47,640 bases of DNA from Elusimicrobia bacterium RIFOXYA12_FULL_57_11 (GCA_001800275.1 MGVB01000055.1:1-47640), one strand, 5' to 3'; positions 34,201 to 45,891 are shown, counted from the first letter of the stretch. Notes: generated from the letters alone by a model not told the origin. A program made the numbers and translations.

Positions 34201-35922
34201 TTAATCGTGGCGGCGGTCTATTACGTAGTGGCTCTTGGCGGCGGCTTTCGCGCCTTTCTTCAGTTCCGTGCCTATGCTGCCTATCTGGGCGAACGAGGTA
34301 AGCGGGCGCGTCATGTTGTTGACTATGCCTATGGAGATGGACAGGAACGGGAATTTTTTTATGTTGCCCTGCCGGTCGGTGGAAATTATGTGGCCGCGCT
34401 CCCTGTCCGCCTTGGTGTAGAACGAGGGCGCTATCTCGTCGAAAGCGGTTACAATGCGCTTGGCCAGTTCCTCGCATTTCGCGTACTCGGTTATCACTAT
34501 AAAGTCGTCGCCGCCTATGTGGCCTATGAAATCCTGCGAATTCTCGTTCTGGATGGTGAGCTTTACCAGCAGGTTGGCGCTGGCTTTCAGTATCCTGTCG
34601 CCGGCTTCGAAGCCGTAAGTGTCGTTGTAGGCCTTGAAGTTATTAAGGTCCAGGTAGAGAACGGCGAACTTGGAGCCTTTCTGTATTTCCCGTTCCACCC
34701 GGGCCTGTATGGAGGGGTTGCCGGGGAGTTTTGAAAGCGGGTTGGTGTCCAGCACCTGCTTGTTGCGCTTCAAGATCATGCGGATGCGCGCCACCAGCTC
34801 GTCGGTGTCTACGGGCTTTATAAGGTAATCGTCTATACCCATGCTCAGGCCCTTCAGCTTGGTCTGTTTGTCGCTGTAGGCCGTGCATATAATTATGGGG
34901 ATATGCGCGAACAGGGGGTTGTTCTTCAGGTCCTGCGCCACGGACAGCCCGTCCTTGCGGGGCATGCTGTAGTCCAGCACTATAATGTCGGGGTGGGACT
35001 CGAACACGGCCCGGAGGGCCTCTATCCCGTCGTTGGCGGTAACCACTTCAAAGCCGGAGGCTTCTATCATTTCCTTCATCAGCAGCAACAGCTCCGTCTG
35101 GTCGTCGGCCAGCAGCACGCGCGGGCGCGCCGGTTTGGGCGGCTCGCCGCCGGCGGCGGGCGCCGGGTAGCTGGCAGTCTGGTCTTCAATGAGCTTAAGC
35201 AGGAGGTCCCGCGGTATCTCTTTGGCCACTATTTCGGGCAGCCCGGTCATTACGCCGCGCTCCTGGTAGTTGTCCAGGCGCAGCGCGCTCAGTATTATTA
35301 TGGGGATGGCGGCCGTCGCGGCCTCGTCCTGCATTTCGCCCATTACGCCAAACCCGTCCTTGCGCGGCATCATCAGGTCCAGCAGCAGGGCGTCGGGTTT
35401 TTCCGCGCGCAGGGCGGTCATTATCTCCAGGGGGTTGGTGACCGCTACGGCCCTGTAGTTATTGGCTTCCAGGAACATTTTTATCAGGTCGGAAAATTCC
35501 GTGTCGTCGTCGGCTATCATTACGGTCAGCGGTTTTTCCGGCGACGGTTTGCCGGCGGCTTTCTGCAGGGCGGCTTTAAGAGCTTCGAAATCCACGGGTT
35601 TGGTAAGGTAGCCGCTCACTGTGGGCGAGGGGCCGGTGACGATCTCGGTTATAGGCGTGCGGGAAACCACTATAATCTTCTGGTTCTCGGTGAAAGGGTT
35701 CTTTTTGATGTCGGCCAGCAGTTCCAGCGGGTTGAACTCCTGTATGAGGACGTTAAGCAGTACCAGGTCCGGTTTCCAGGCCTGGATGTCGGCCAGCGCC
35801 TGCTGGTGGCCGGCGGCGGCCCTGACCGCGTAGCCATGTTCCGCCAGGAAAGCGTCAAGTTCGGCTGCGGTGGAGGCGTCAGTCTCCACTAAAAGTATCT
35901 TTATTTTTGCCGGCTCGGCCAT
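34201..35922 (-). CDS. Response regulator with three receiver domains and a GGDEF-type (GGDDF) output domain
   Basis: REC1 LLVETD...PDLVLLNVLIQ (acceptor position is N). REC2 MIADDD...ALLLDLMMPRKDG. REC3 LLADDQ...IIVLDYSMPRKDG. Output domain DLNNFKAYNDTYGFEAGD...GHIGGDDFIV. Confidence 0.85.
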   Translation of the reverse strand: MAEPAKIKILLVETDASTAAELDAFLAEHGYAVRAAAGHQQALADIQAWKPDLVLLNVLIQEFNPLELLADIKKNPFTENQKIIVVSRTPITEIVTGPSPTVSGYLTKPVDFEALKAALQKAAGKPSPEKPLTVMIADDDTEFSDLIKMFLEANNYRAVAVTNPLEIMTALRAEKPDALLLDLMMPRKDGFGVMGEMQDEAATAAIPIIILSALRLDNYQERGVMTGLPEIVAKEIPRDLLLKLIEDQTASYPAPAAGGEPPKPARPRVLLADDQTELLLLMKEMIEASGFEVVTANDGIEALRAVFESHPDIIVLDYSMPRKDGLSVAQDLKNNPLFAHIPIIICTAYSDKQTKLKGLSMGIDDYLIKPVDTDELVARIRMILKRNKQVLDTNPLSKLPGNPSIQARVEREIQKGSKFAVLYLDLNNFKAYNDTYGFEAGDRILKASANLLVKLTIQNENSQDFIGHIGGDDFIVITEYAKCEELAKRIVTAFDEIAPSFYTKADRERGHIISTDRQGNIKKFPFLSISIGIVNNMTRPLTSFAQIGSIGTELKKGAKAAAKSHYVIDRRHD

Positions 35923-35999
35923 GCTTTGATTTTATCATTATATTCGCCGCCGCAACATCCGGGCCGCCCTCGGGAAACTTAAAAAGGTAAAATAGCGCT

Positions 36000-36218
36000 A
36001 TGCGCCCCGCCGGACAATACGCAGACAGCTGGAAATACGCCCAGATAGGCCTGGAGCTCGCGGCCGGCGTGCTGTTGGGCTTTTGGGGCGGCTACTGGCT
36101 GGATAAAAAACTGGGAACGCTGCCGTGGCTGACTCTGGCAGGGGCGGCCTCCGGGCTGACCGCCGGCTTTTACCTGGTGGCCGTGCAGCTTTTTCCCGAA
36201 GGGGAGGGAAAACGGTGA
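36000..36218 (+). CDS. atpZ: AtpZ/AtpI-family small membrane protein (ATP synthase gene 1)
   Basis: YAQIGLELAAGVLLGFWGGYWLDKKLGTLPWLTLAG pattern. First gene of the atp cluster. Confidence 0.7.
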   Translation: MRPAGQYADSWKYAQIGLELAAGVLLGFWGGYWLDKKLGTLPWLTLAGAASGLTAGFYLVAVQLFPEGEGKR

Positions 36219-36502
36219 TCCATACTTTAACCGGGGGGCTGGTTTGCGGCGCGGCACTGGGCGCCCTTAGCGGCTGGGCCTCGCGGCTGGCGCTGAAAAA
36301 GGTGCTCAGGTCCGCGGATAGTGTTTTTTACTCGGTTTTTGTGGCTGGGTTTTTCTGCCGCCTGGCGCTGCTGGCCGCGGCCGTTTGTCTGCTTCGCCAT
36401 GAAAAATATACAATTATAATTGCGTTCGCAGTTACTTTCGTGCTGTTACAGATGTTTTTTGAGGCGTTCCCGCTGAAACATGGACCTGAAACTAATACTT
36501 GA
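36215..36502 (+). CDS. atpI: ATP synthase protein I-like hydrophobic protein
   Basis: GTG start overlapping the atpZ TGA (GTGA) and preceded by GGGGAGGGA. 95 aa and mostly hydrophobic. The longer track ORF from 36125 overlaps atpZ. Confidence 0.6.
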   Translation: MIHTLTGGLVCGAALGALSGWASRLALKKVLRSADSVFYSVFVAGFFCRLALLAAAVCLLRHEKYTIIIAFAVTFVLLQMFFEAFPLKHGPETNT

Positions 36503-37241
36503 GCACCACATAGTGGATAAGGTCTGGGCGTGGTTAGCCTTGGGCCCGCTCAGGCTTCCCTTCTCAAAGCACCTGCTGATGATGGGCATCACCTCGCTCA
36601 TTCTCCTGGTAGTATTCCCGCTCCTGATCCGCAGCCGCTCCACCGCGCTGGCCCCGTTCCGTGCCATGCTGGAGATGACGGTGCTGTTCCTGCGCGACGA
36701 GATAGTTGTGCCCAACCTCGGGCACAAGGGCGCCGCGTACACCGGCTATTTTTCAACCCTGTTCTTCTTCATCCTGATAATGAACCTTCTGGGCCTGGTG
36801 CCCTATGGCGCCAGCGCCACCGGCAACCTGGCCGTCACGGCGGGCCTGGCGCTTACCACCTTCGCGCTCATCAACTTCTCCGGCATTAAAGAGCAGGGGC
36901 TTATCGGTTATTTTGCGCACCTGGTGCCCAAGGGCGTGCCGGCTTGGTTGTATCCGCTGATGTTCCCTATAGAGGTAATGGGCATCTTCATAAAGACCTT
37001 CGCCCTCTGCATCCGGCTGTTCGCCAATATGATAGCCGGGCATATAGTAATACTCGTCTTCATCTGTTTTATTTTCATCTTCGGCGCCTTCGGTACGGCG
37101 TTCGGGTTTTTGGTGGCGCCGGTTTCGGTGGGCCTGGTGCTGTTTACGCTGCTGCTGGAACTGCTGGTGGCTTTCCTGCAGGCGTATATTTTTGTGACGC
37201 TGACGGCTATCTTTACCGGCGCGGCCATGCACCCGCATTAA
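36480..37241 (+). CDS. atpB: F0F1 ATP synthase subunit a
   Basis: Polytopic. LCIRLFANMIAGH contains the conserved Arg. Confidence 0.9.
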   Translation: MDLKLILEHHIVDKVWAWLALGPLRLPFSKHLLMMGITSLILLVVFPLLIRSRSTALAPFRAMLEMTVLFLRDEIVVPNLGHKGAAYTGYFSTLFFFILIMNLLGLVPYGASATGNLAVTAGLALTTFALINFSGIKEQGLIGYFAHLVPKGVPAWLYPLMFPIEVMGIFIKTFALCIRLFANMIAGHIVILVFICFIFIFGAFGTAFGFLVAPVSVGLVLFTLLLELLVAFLQAYIFVTLTAIFTGAAMHPH

Positions 37242-37281
37242 AATTTAGAGCGGTTTTGAATATTATACGGAGGTAGTAACA

Positions 37282-37575
37282 ATGAACGACTTGACATTCC
37301 TCGGACTCGGCTACATAGGCGCCGGCATAGGCGCGGGACTTACCCTTATAGGCGCTGGTCTCGGCATAGGCAAGCTGGCCGCCGCCGCACTCGAAGGCAC
37401 CGCCCGCCAGCCCGAAGCCGGCCCCGCGCTGCGCACCACCATGATCATTGCCGCCGCCCTGATAGAAGGCCTCGGCTTCCTGGCGCTGGTCATCTGCTTC
37501 TTCGCCGTAATGAACCTGGCCATGCCCAAGGGTGAAACCGCCCCGGCCGCCGCGCAGATCGAAGCGCATAAATAG
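37282..37575 (+). CDS. atpE: F0F1 ATP synthase subunit c
   Basis: GAGIGAG...GTARQPE loop and carboxylate helix AAALIEGLGF. About 20 aa of C-terminal tail. Confidence 0.9.
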   Translation: MNDLTFLGLGYIGAGIGAGLTLIGAGLGIGKLAAAALEGTARQPEAGPALRTTMIIAAALIEGLGFLALVICFFAVMNLAMPKGETAPAAAQIEAHK

Positions 37576-37679
37576 CGGGCAGGATGGCCGGGAGGCTGGC
37601 GCGGCCGGGTTGTGTCCGCAGGTGAAGTTCCCGGCTGCCGCAGCTCCCCGACCGCATACTTTCGGGACTGGAGTTTACC

Positions 37680-38198
37680 ATGGAAGCATTGATTAGGCCT
37701 GAATTTGGCCTGATGTTCTGGACGATACTCTGCTTTGGCCTGCTGGTGCTGCTGCTGTCCAAGACGGCCTGGCGGCCGCTGCTGCAGGCGGTGGAAGAGC
37801 GCGAGCGCGCCATAAAGCATGACCGCCGCTCCGCCGAAAATGCCCGCGCGGAAGCGGAGAAGATAAAAGCCGAACTGGAAGCCGGCCTGGCCGAACTGAA
37901 GGCCGGGATACAGGCCCGCATGGACGAGGCCCGGCTCCTGGCGGAAAAGGATAAGGACCTTCTTATAGAGGAAGCGCGCCGCAGCGCCGCCGTGATAGTG
38001 GAATCTTCCCGGCGGGAAATAGAGGCCCAGAAGGCCGAGGCCGTCCGCGAGCTGCGCGGCAAAGTGGCGGAGCTTTCCATAATGACCGCCGAGCGGATAT
38101 TAATGAAGCAGCTGGACCACCGGGCCAACACGGACCTGGCGTCCAAATATCTGGCCGAGCTCGAAAAAGAGCGGCCCGATCTCAAGCTGGAGAATTGA
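37680..38198 (+). CDS. atpF: F0F1 ATP synthase subunit b
   Basis: N-terminal TM helix then a long charged coiled coil. GGAG SD. Position in operon. Confidence 0.85.
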   Translation: MEALIRPEFGLMFWTILCFGLLVLLLSKTAWRPLLQAVEERERAIKHDRRSAENARAEAEKIKAELEAGLAELKAGIQARMDEARLLAEKDKDLLIEEARRSAAVIVESSRREIEAQKAEAVRELRGKVAELSIMTAERILMKQLDHRANTDLASKYLAELEKERPDLKLEN

Positions 38199-38749
38199 TG
38201 GATTCGAGCGCCAGGATACTCGCCAAGCGTTACGCCCGGGCCTATATGGACCTGGACGACAAGGTTTTTGGCGCCACCCTGGACGCCGCGGCTAACGCCC
38301 GGCTGGATGGCCTGCGCGGCATCTTTGCTGCCGCAAAACCGCACCTTAAGGTGCTCACCCACCCTGCGGTGAACGGCGGCGTAAAGCTGGAGGTGCTGGG
38401 CAGGGTACTCGGCGCCGGCTTTACCGGCCCGGCGGCGGATTTTTCCGCGCTGTTGGTGCGGCAGAACAGGTTCGCCCTGTTCGGGGAAATAATGCGGGAA
38501 TGCCTGCGCCTCTACGACGATTTCTGCGGCGTGGTAAGCGCCGAGGTGCATAGCCGCTACGCCCTCTCGGCCGGCGAAATAGGCAGGATAGATAAATTGC
38601 TGTGCGAAGTTACCGGCAGGAAAATAAGGCTGGAGCAGATAATTTCAGAGCGGGTTATAGGCGGTTTTGAGATAAAGGTGGGGGACGCACTGATAGACGC
38701 CACCGTGCGTGGCAGCCTGGCGGCGCTTAAGGCCGGGATTCTCCGCTAG
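38195..38749 (+). CDS. atpH: F0F1 ATP synthase subunit delta
   Basis: ATGA overlap with atp[11 protein letters not shown]-terminus and [10 protein letters not shown]...DATVRG C-terminus typical of delta/OSCP. Confidence 0.85.
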   Translation: MMDSSARILAKRYARAYMDLDDKVFGATLDAAANARLDGLRGIFAAAKPHLKVLTHPAVNGGVKLEVLGRVLGAGFTGPAADFSALLVRQNRFALFGEIMRECLRLYDDFCGVVSAEVHSRYALSAGEIGRIDKLLCEVTGRKIRLEQIISERVIGGFEIKVGDALIDATVRGSLAALKAGILR

Positions 38750-38774
38750 ACGCGGATCTGGTACAAAGGATTCT

Positions 38775-40289
38775 ATGATACGACCGGAAGAAATTACTGA
38801 AATCATAAAAGGGCGCATCGAAAAATTTATCCCCGAAGCGCAGCTCAGCGAGACCGGCCAGGTGCTGCAGGTGGGCGACGGCATAGCCCGCGTGTACGGC
38901 CTGAACAGCGCCGTGGTAGGAGAGTTAATCTCTTTTGAGGGCGGAGTGGCGGGTATGGTGCTCAATATCGAGCGCGAGAACGTGGGCGCCGTGGTGCTGG
39001 GTTCGGATACGCTTATAAAAGAAGGCGACCGCGTAAAGCGCACCGGCCGTGTGCTGGAGGTCCCCGTGGGCCCCGAACTTATAGGCCGCGTGGTGGACGC
39101 GCTCGGCAACCCCATAGACGGCAAAGGCCCGCTGAACGCCAAAAAAAAGCGTCCGGTAGAGGTTATCGCCCCGGGTGTGGTAGAGCGCCAGCCGGTTAAG
39201 GAGCCGCTGCAGACCGGGCTGAAGGCCATCGACGCCATGATCCCCATAGGCCGGGGCCAGCGCGAACTTATAATAGGCGACCGCCAGACCGGCAAGACCG
39301 CCGTGGCGCTGGACGCCATCATCAACCAGAAGAACGAGCCCGCGGAGAAGCGGCCCATCTGTATTTACGTGGCCATCGGCCAGAAGGAGTCCACCGTGGC
39401 CCGCGTGGCGAAGATCCTGGAAGAGAACGGGGCCATGGAATATTCCATAATTGTGGCGGCCTCGGCGGCCCAGCCCGCCTCCATGCTGTACCTGGCGCCG
39501 TATACCGGCTGCGCCATAGGCGAGGAATTTATGTGGCAGGGCAAACACGCCCTGGTGATCTACGACGACCTTTCAAAACACGCGCAGGCCTACCGCCAGA
39601 TGTCTTTGCTGCTGCGGCGCCCGCCCGGCCGCGAGGCCTACCCGGGCGACGTGTTTTACCTCCACTCCAGGCTGCTTGAGCGCGCCTGCAAAATGTGCGA
39701 CAAGCACGGCGCCGGTTCGCTTACGGCCCTGCCCATAATAGAAACGCAGGCCAGCGACGTGACGGCTTACATCCCCACCAACGTCATCTCCATAACCGAT
39801 GGCCAGATCTACCTGGAATCCAGCCTGTTCCACTCGGGCCAGCGGCCCGCCGTCAACGTGGGAATTTCGGTGTCGCGCGTGGGCGGCAGCGCGCAGGTTA
39901 AGGCCATGCGCCAGGTGGCGGGCAAACTCCGCCTGGACCTGGCCCAGTATAATGAGCTGGCCGCCTTCGCCCAGTTCGGCTCCGACCTGGACAAGACCAG
40001 CACGGACCAGCTGAAGCGCGGCCAGCGCATGGTGGAACTGCTCAAGCAGGACCAGTACTGCCCCATGCCTGTGGAGGACCAGGTGGCCGTGCTGTTCGCC
40101 GGCACCCGCGGTTATCTGGACGATGTGGAGCTGGAAAAAGTGCGCGCTTTCGAAACCGCCCTTGTGAAGTTCCTGCGCAGCTCCTACGCCAACCTTATGG
40201 CCGATATCGCGGAAAAGAAGCAGTTGGCGCCGGAACTGGAGCAGCGTCTGGCGGATTCTATAACTGAATTCAAAAAGAAATTCATCTAA
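38775..40289 (+). CDS. atpA: F0F1 ATP synthase subunit alpha
   Basis: Walker A GDRQTGKT. The start at 38775 ([12 protein letters not shown]) follows AAAGGA. The track ORF from 38709 overlaps atpH. Confidence 0.95.
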   Translation: MIRPEEITEIIKGRIEKFIPEAQLSETGQVLQVGDGIARVYGLNSAVVGELISFEGGVAGMVLNIERENVGAVVLGSDTLIKEGDRVKRTGRVLEVPVGPELIGRVVDALGNPIDGKGPLNAKKKRPVEVIAPGVVERQPVKEPLQTGLKAIDAMIPIGRGQRELIIGDRQTGKTAVALDAIINQKNEPAEKRPICIYVAIGQKESTVARVAKILEENGAMEYSIIVAASAAQPASMLYLAPYTGCAIGEEFMWQGKHALVIYDDLSKHAQAYRQMSLLLRRPPGREAYPGDVFYLHSRLLERACKMCDKHGAGSLTALPIIETQASDVTAYIPTNVISITDGQIYLESSLFHSGQRPAVNVGISVSRVGGSAQVKAMRQVAGKLRLDLAQYNELAAFAQFGSDLDKTSTDQLKRGQRMVELLKQDQYCPMPVEDQVAVLFAGTRGYLDDVELEKVRAFETALVKFLRSSYANLMADIAEKKQLAPELEQRLADSITEFKKKFI

Positions 40290-40300
40290 GGCGGGATCTA

Positions 40301-41224
40301 ATGAAAAAATATCTTATAACCGGCGGAGCGGGTTTTATAGGGTCCAACCTGGCTTTTGCCCTGGCAGAGGAGCGCAAGGCCGGGGTGGTCGTCCTGGATA
40401 ATTTTTCCTCCGGGAACTACAAAAACCTCATGGCCTTTACCGGTGATATCATTGCCGACGACATACAAAGCCGGGCCTGGTTCGGCAAGGTGGGGGCCGT
40501 GGACGCCGTTTTTCATGAAGCCGCCATAACCGACACCACGGTTACCGACCAGCGCAAGATGATGGAAATAAACGTGGACGGTTTCCGCAACGTGCTGGAG
40601 TTCGCGCTTCAGGCCGGGGTCAAGCGCGTGGTTTACGCCTCTTCCGCCGGGGTTTACGGCAACGGGCATTGCCCCATGAAAGAGGACCAGACCCCTACCC
40701 CGGAGAACGTTTACGGGTTCTCCAAGGCTATAATGGATAACGTGGCGCGCGAGTTCGCGGCCCGGCACAAAGATATGACGCTAGTCGGGCTGCGCTATTT
40801 CAACGTTTACGGCCCCCGGGAATATTACAAGGGCCATGCCGCCAGCATGATGTTCCAGCTTTACCACCAGATGAAGGCGGGCAAGCGGCCGCGCATCTTT
40901 AAGTTCGGGGAACAGGTGCGGGATTTCGTGTACGTAAAAGACATCGTGCGCGGGAACCTTAACGCGCTGGACGCGGAAAGGTCCGGCGTCTGCAACCTGG
41001 GCAGCGGCAACCCCGGCAATTTTAACGAGGTGGTGGAAGCGCTGAACAAGGCCATGGGGCTGGACCTCGCGCCGGAATATTTCGACAACCCGTACTCTTT
41101 CTACCAGAATAAGACCCAGGCGGATTTCCGCCAGGCCAAGGCGCTGCTCAACTACAGGCCGCAGTGGAACCTCGCCGACGGGATAGCGGATTACGTGAAA
41201 ATAATGGGAGAGACGAAAATCTAA
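40301..41224 (+). CDS. hldD: ADP-L-glycero-D-manno-heptose 6-epimerase-like SDR
   Basis: ITGGAGFIGSN, YGFSK, LRYFNVYGPREYYKGHAASMMFQL, RDFVYVKDIV and YQNKTQADF align by eye along the whole length with E. coli HldD/RfaD as I remember it. Confidence 0.8.
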   Translation: MKKYLITGGAGFIGSNLAFALAEERKAGVVVLDNFSSGNYKNLMAFTGDIIADDIQSRAWFGKVGAVDAVFHEAAITDTTVTDQRKMMEINVDGFRNVLEFALQAGVKRVVYASSAGVYGNGHCPMKEDQTPTPENVYGFSKAIMDNVAREFAARHKDMTLVGLRYFNVYGPREYYKGHAASMMFQLYHQMKAGKRPRIFKFGEQVRDFVYVKDIVRGNLNALDAERSGVCNLGSGNPGNFNEVVEALNKAMGLDLAPEYFDNPYSFYQNKTQADFRQAKALLNYRPQWNLADGIADYVKIMGETKI

Positions 41225-41228
41225 ACCG

Positions 41229-43569
<2,341 letters not shown>

Positions 43570-43594
43570 CGCGCCAGGTGATAAGCAAGTTAAT

Positions 43595-44020
43595 ATGGAA
43601 AAAAAGCGCCTTATCCTGACCATAGTCACACCCGAGCGTACGGTCCTCGCGGACAAGCCCGTGGATTTTGTGACCATTCCCGCCGTCGGCGGCGAACTGG
43701 GAGTGCTGCCCGGCCACGCTTCCTTTGTGGTGCAGCTCAAGGAAGGCTTCATGCACTATACAGAGGGCCGAAACAAGGAGCTCTTCGCCGTGCTCAGCGG
43801 TTTTGCGGAGATACACGGCAACAAGGTTATGGTGCTGGCTGAGGCCGCGGAACTGGCCCATGAAGTGGACGAGGAGCGCGCGCGCCAGGCTTACCAGAAA
43901 GCCAAGGACAGCCTGGCCATACGCGGCGCCGACCTGGACCTGGACGAGGCCAACGCTTCGCTGCGCCGCGCCGCGGTACGCCTTAAGATGGCGGAATTCA
44001 GGCGCAGGCATAAAATGTGA
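43595..44020 (+). CDS. atpC: F0F1 ATP synthase subunit epsilon
   Basis: L.IVTPER...GELGVLPGHA pattern. Last gene of the operon. Confidence 0.9.
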   Translation: MEKKRLILTIVTPERTVLADKPVDFVTIPAVGGELGVLPGHASFVVQLKEGFMHYTEGRNKELFAVLSGFAEIHGNKVMVLAEAAELAHEVDEERARQAYQKAKDSLAIRGADLDLDEANASLRRAAVRLKMAEFRRRHKM

Positions 44021-44041
44021 ACGGGTGGGGTATGCCTGCGT

Positions 44042-44073
44042 AAAATAACCCGCCTTGCGCGGGTTATTTTTTT
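44042..44073. terminator. Bidirectional rho-independent terminator
   Basis: AAAATAACCCGC-CTTGC-GCGGGTTATTTTTTT. Overlaps the last codons of the convergent methyltransferase gene. Confidence 0.75.
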
Positions 44074-44768
44074 GCGGTATGCACCGCTACGGCGCCCGGG
44101 CAGAGTATTGCGTGGGCGGCGCCCGTAAACCCGGCTTCGCCCAGCAGCGCGGAAAATTCCCGCGCCGTGCAGAAGTTCAGGATGGTGCGCTTCAAAAACA
44201 AGTAAGACCGGCGGTTTTTGGACGAGAACAGGTTCAGCAACCCTACCAGGATTTTTACATAGAACCGCATTAAAAACCACAGCGCGGGGTTGTCCGGGCG
44301 GGTGGTTTCCAGGTTAAGGAACAGCCCTCCGGGTTTCAGCACGCGCCTTAATTCGCGCAGAGCCGCCAGCATTTTTCCCCTGTCTATGTTCAGGTTCCTG
44401 GCGGCGAAAGCCACGGTTACCAGGTCGAAGCTGGCGTCGGGCCAGGGCAGGCTTTTGATTTCCGCCTGCACAAACGTCATGCCGGGTATTTTTTCTTTGC
44501 CGGCCGCCAGCATGGCGGCGCTCAGGTCGCAGCCGGTTACGGCGAGCCGGCCGCCAAAGGCTTTCTGCAGTGCCAGGCTGAAGTCGCCGGTGCCGCAGCA
44601 GGCATCCAGCGCCGTAAGGGCCCGCGGGGCGAGGCGCCTGGCAGTGGCCGCCGCGCGCGCGCGCCAATACCGGTCCAGGCCGAAGGTCAGGAAGAAATTT
44701 GCCGCGGAATAAAAATGGTAAATGCCGTCATAAAACCCGGCTATCGCTAACTCGGTTTCTGACGGCAT
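44064..44768 (-). CDS. ubiE: Class I SAM-dependent methyltransferase, UbiE/MenG-like (demethylmenaquinone methyltransferase)
   Basis: YD..Y...N..L.FGLDRYWR N-terminal pattern. SAM motif LDACCGTGDFS. LKPGG. Confidence 0.7.
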   Translation of the reverse strand: MPSETELAIAGFYDGIYHFYSAANFFLTFGLDRYWRARAAATARRLAPRALTALDACCGTGDFSLALQKAFGGRLAVTGCDLSAAMLAAGKEKIPGMTFVQAEIKSLPWPDASFDLVTVAFAARNLNIDRGKMLAALRELRRVLKPGGLFLNLETTRPDNPALWFLMRFYVKILVGLLNLFSSKNRRSYLFLKRTILNFCTAREFSALLGEAGFTGAAHAILCPGAVAVHTAKK

Positions 44769-44793
44769 TTGTACGGCCCGAAGGAGGGAAAAA

Positions 44794-44982
44794 CTACTTT
44801 TTCTCTTCTTTGTTGTCGTTCTCGGCCACGAATTTCTTTATCTCTTCGAAGCCCTCTATGATGAGGCGGGCTTTCGAGAGACCGAAAGAGAACGGGTATT
44901 TGTCGTTCTCGTTCCGCTTGAGTATGAGCACCGGCTGGCCTTTGTATTCGGTTCTTTCTACGAGCATAATATCTTCCTCCAC
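44794..44982 (-). CDS. Small hypothetical protein (62 aa; possibly starts at M6)
   Basis: ORF with a Lys/Glu-rich tail upstream of ubiE on the same strand. No family recognised. Confidence 0.5.
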   Translation of the reverse strand: MEEDIMLVERTEYKGQPVLILKRNENDKYPFSFGLSKARLIIEGFEEIKKFVAENDNKEEKK

Positions 44983-45134
44983 GCGCTGGCCCTGTTTTGG
45001 GCGCTGTCAGGCAAAATACTAGCACATAATCAATAAATCAATCAATACTATCATCATCGGGAGGGTTGCCGGGAAGCCGGCTCCACCAGGGCGGCGCTGT
45101 TGCGGGTGGGGAGTTATTTTGTTACATTTGGCGT

Positions 45135-45647
45135 ATGACAAAAAAAGAGAACCTGTATACGCTTCTTCTTAAAACTATAAAGGTGCTGGTGCTGTTCTTC
45201 ACGCTTTCCGCCATCGGCTGGTTCGTGGATTCCCTGCCTTTTTCGCAATCGCTGTCGTTTCTGAGCCACAAACTGCCGATAGGGGTTTTTATCGGTTCGG
45301 TGGTTTCCCTGCTGATGCTTGTTCTGCTGGCGGCTTTCGGGGCGGAGGTTGCCCCGGCGATAGACGGCCTGCTGGATTTTATGCCTAAAGCGGGGGAATT
45401 ATTCGGGAACCTGGTCAAGGTGGGGGCCTGCCTGTTCGCGTACTCCTCTTTCCAGGGCGCGGTGTTCCCGTTCATTCCCGATTTCGAGTGGGCCTACCAG
45501 GCGGTGTTTTTTGGCCTGATACTTTTTTTCCTGGTCCGGGCGGGGTTGCTGGTGTATGCCGCAAGCGAGGGTATCAGCCGGTTCCTGCTCGGGTGCCTGC
45601 ATCCGTACAGGCCGGAAGGGGCTAAAGAGGTGCAGCCGCCGAATTGA
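45135..45647 (+). CDS. Hypothetical integral membrane protein (about 4 TM helices)
   Basis: The ATG at 45135 (MTKKENLY...) is followed by four hydrophobic segments. The upstream part of track ORF 45066 looks non-coding. Confidence 0.6.
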   Translation: MTKKENLYTLLLKTIKVLVLFFTLSAIGWFVDSLPFSQSLSFLSHKLPIGVFIGSVVSLLMLVLLAAFGAEVAPAIDGLLDFMPKAGELFGNLVKVGACLFAYSSFQGAVFPFIPDFEWAYQAVFFGLILFFLVRAGLLVYAASEGISRFLLGCLHPYRPEGAKEVQPPN

Positions 45648-45670
45648 CGCCTGCAATAGCAGGCGTTCTT
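45647..45670 (+). terminator. Possible terminator hairpin
   Basis: ACGCCTGC-AATA-GCAGGCGT then TCTT. The T tract is weak. Confidence 0.35.
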
Positions 45671-45863
45671 CAGCAGCTTCGCGCAATACCTGGAGTTTTT
45701 CGGCCCGGTTCCGCGGCGGGCAGGCCCCGTCCAGCAGCGCGGGGGTATAAATTTCCGAAGCCTCCAGGCCGAAGCCCAGCAGTGCGCCATTAAACACAGA
45801 TGACATTTAAATGAATGTTGCCGGCAGCGGGAAACGGCACGCGCAACGCGACAAAATTAGGGT

Positions 45864-45891
45864 TTGCTTTTTAATAATTATGTAATATAAT
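45864..45891 (+). promoter_or_regulatory. Putative promoter TTGCTT-16-TATAAT for pilM
   Basis: Hexamers read directly in the AT-rich stretch about 80 nt upstream of pilM. Confidence 0.45.

Noticed and set aside
34903-35892. 329-aa ORF antisense to the three-receiver GGDEF gene
   Set aside because: Low-complexity Gly/Val/Arg/Gln-rich translation, whereas the opposite strand has clear REC and GGDEF motifs.
37490-38551. 353-aa ORF antisense to atpF/atpH
   Set aside because: Ser/Arg/Ala-rich nonsense translation opposite well-supported atp genes.
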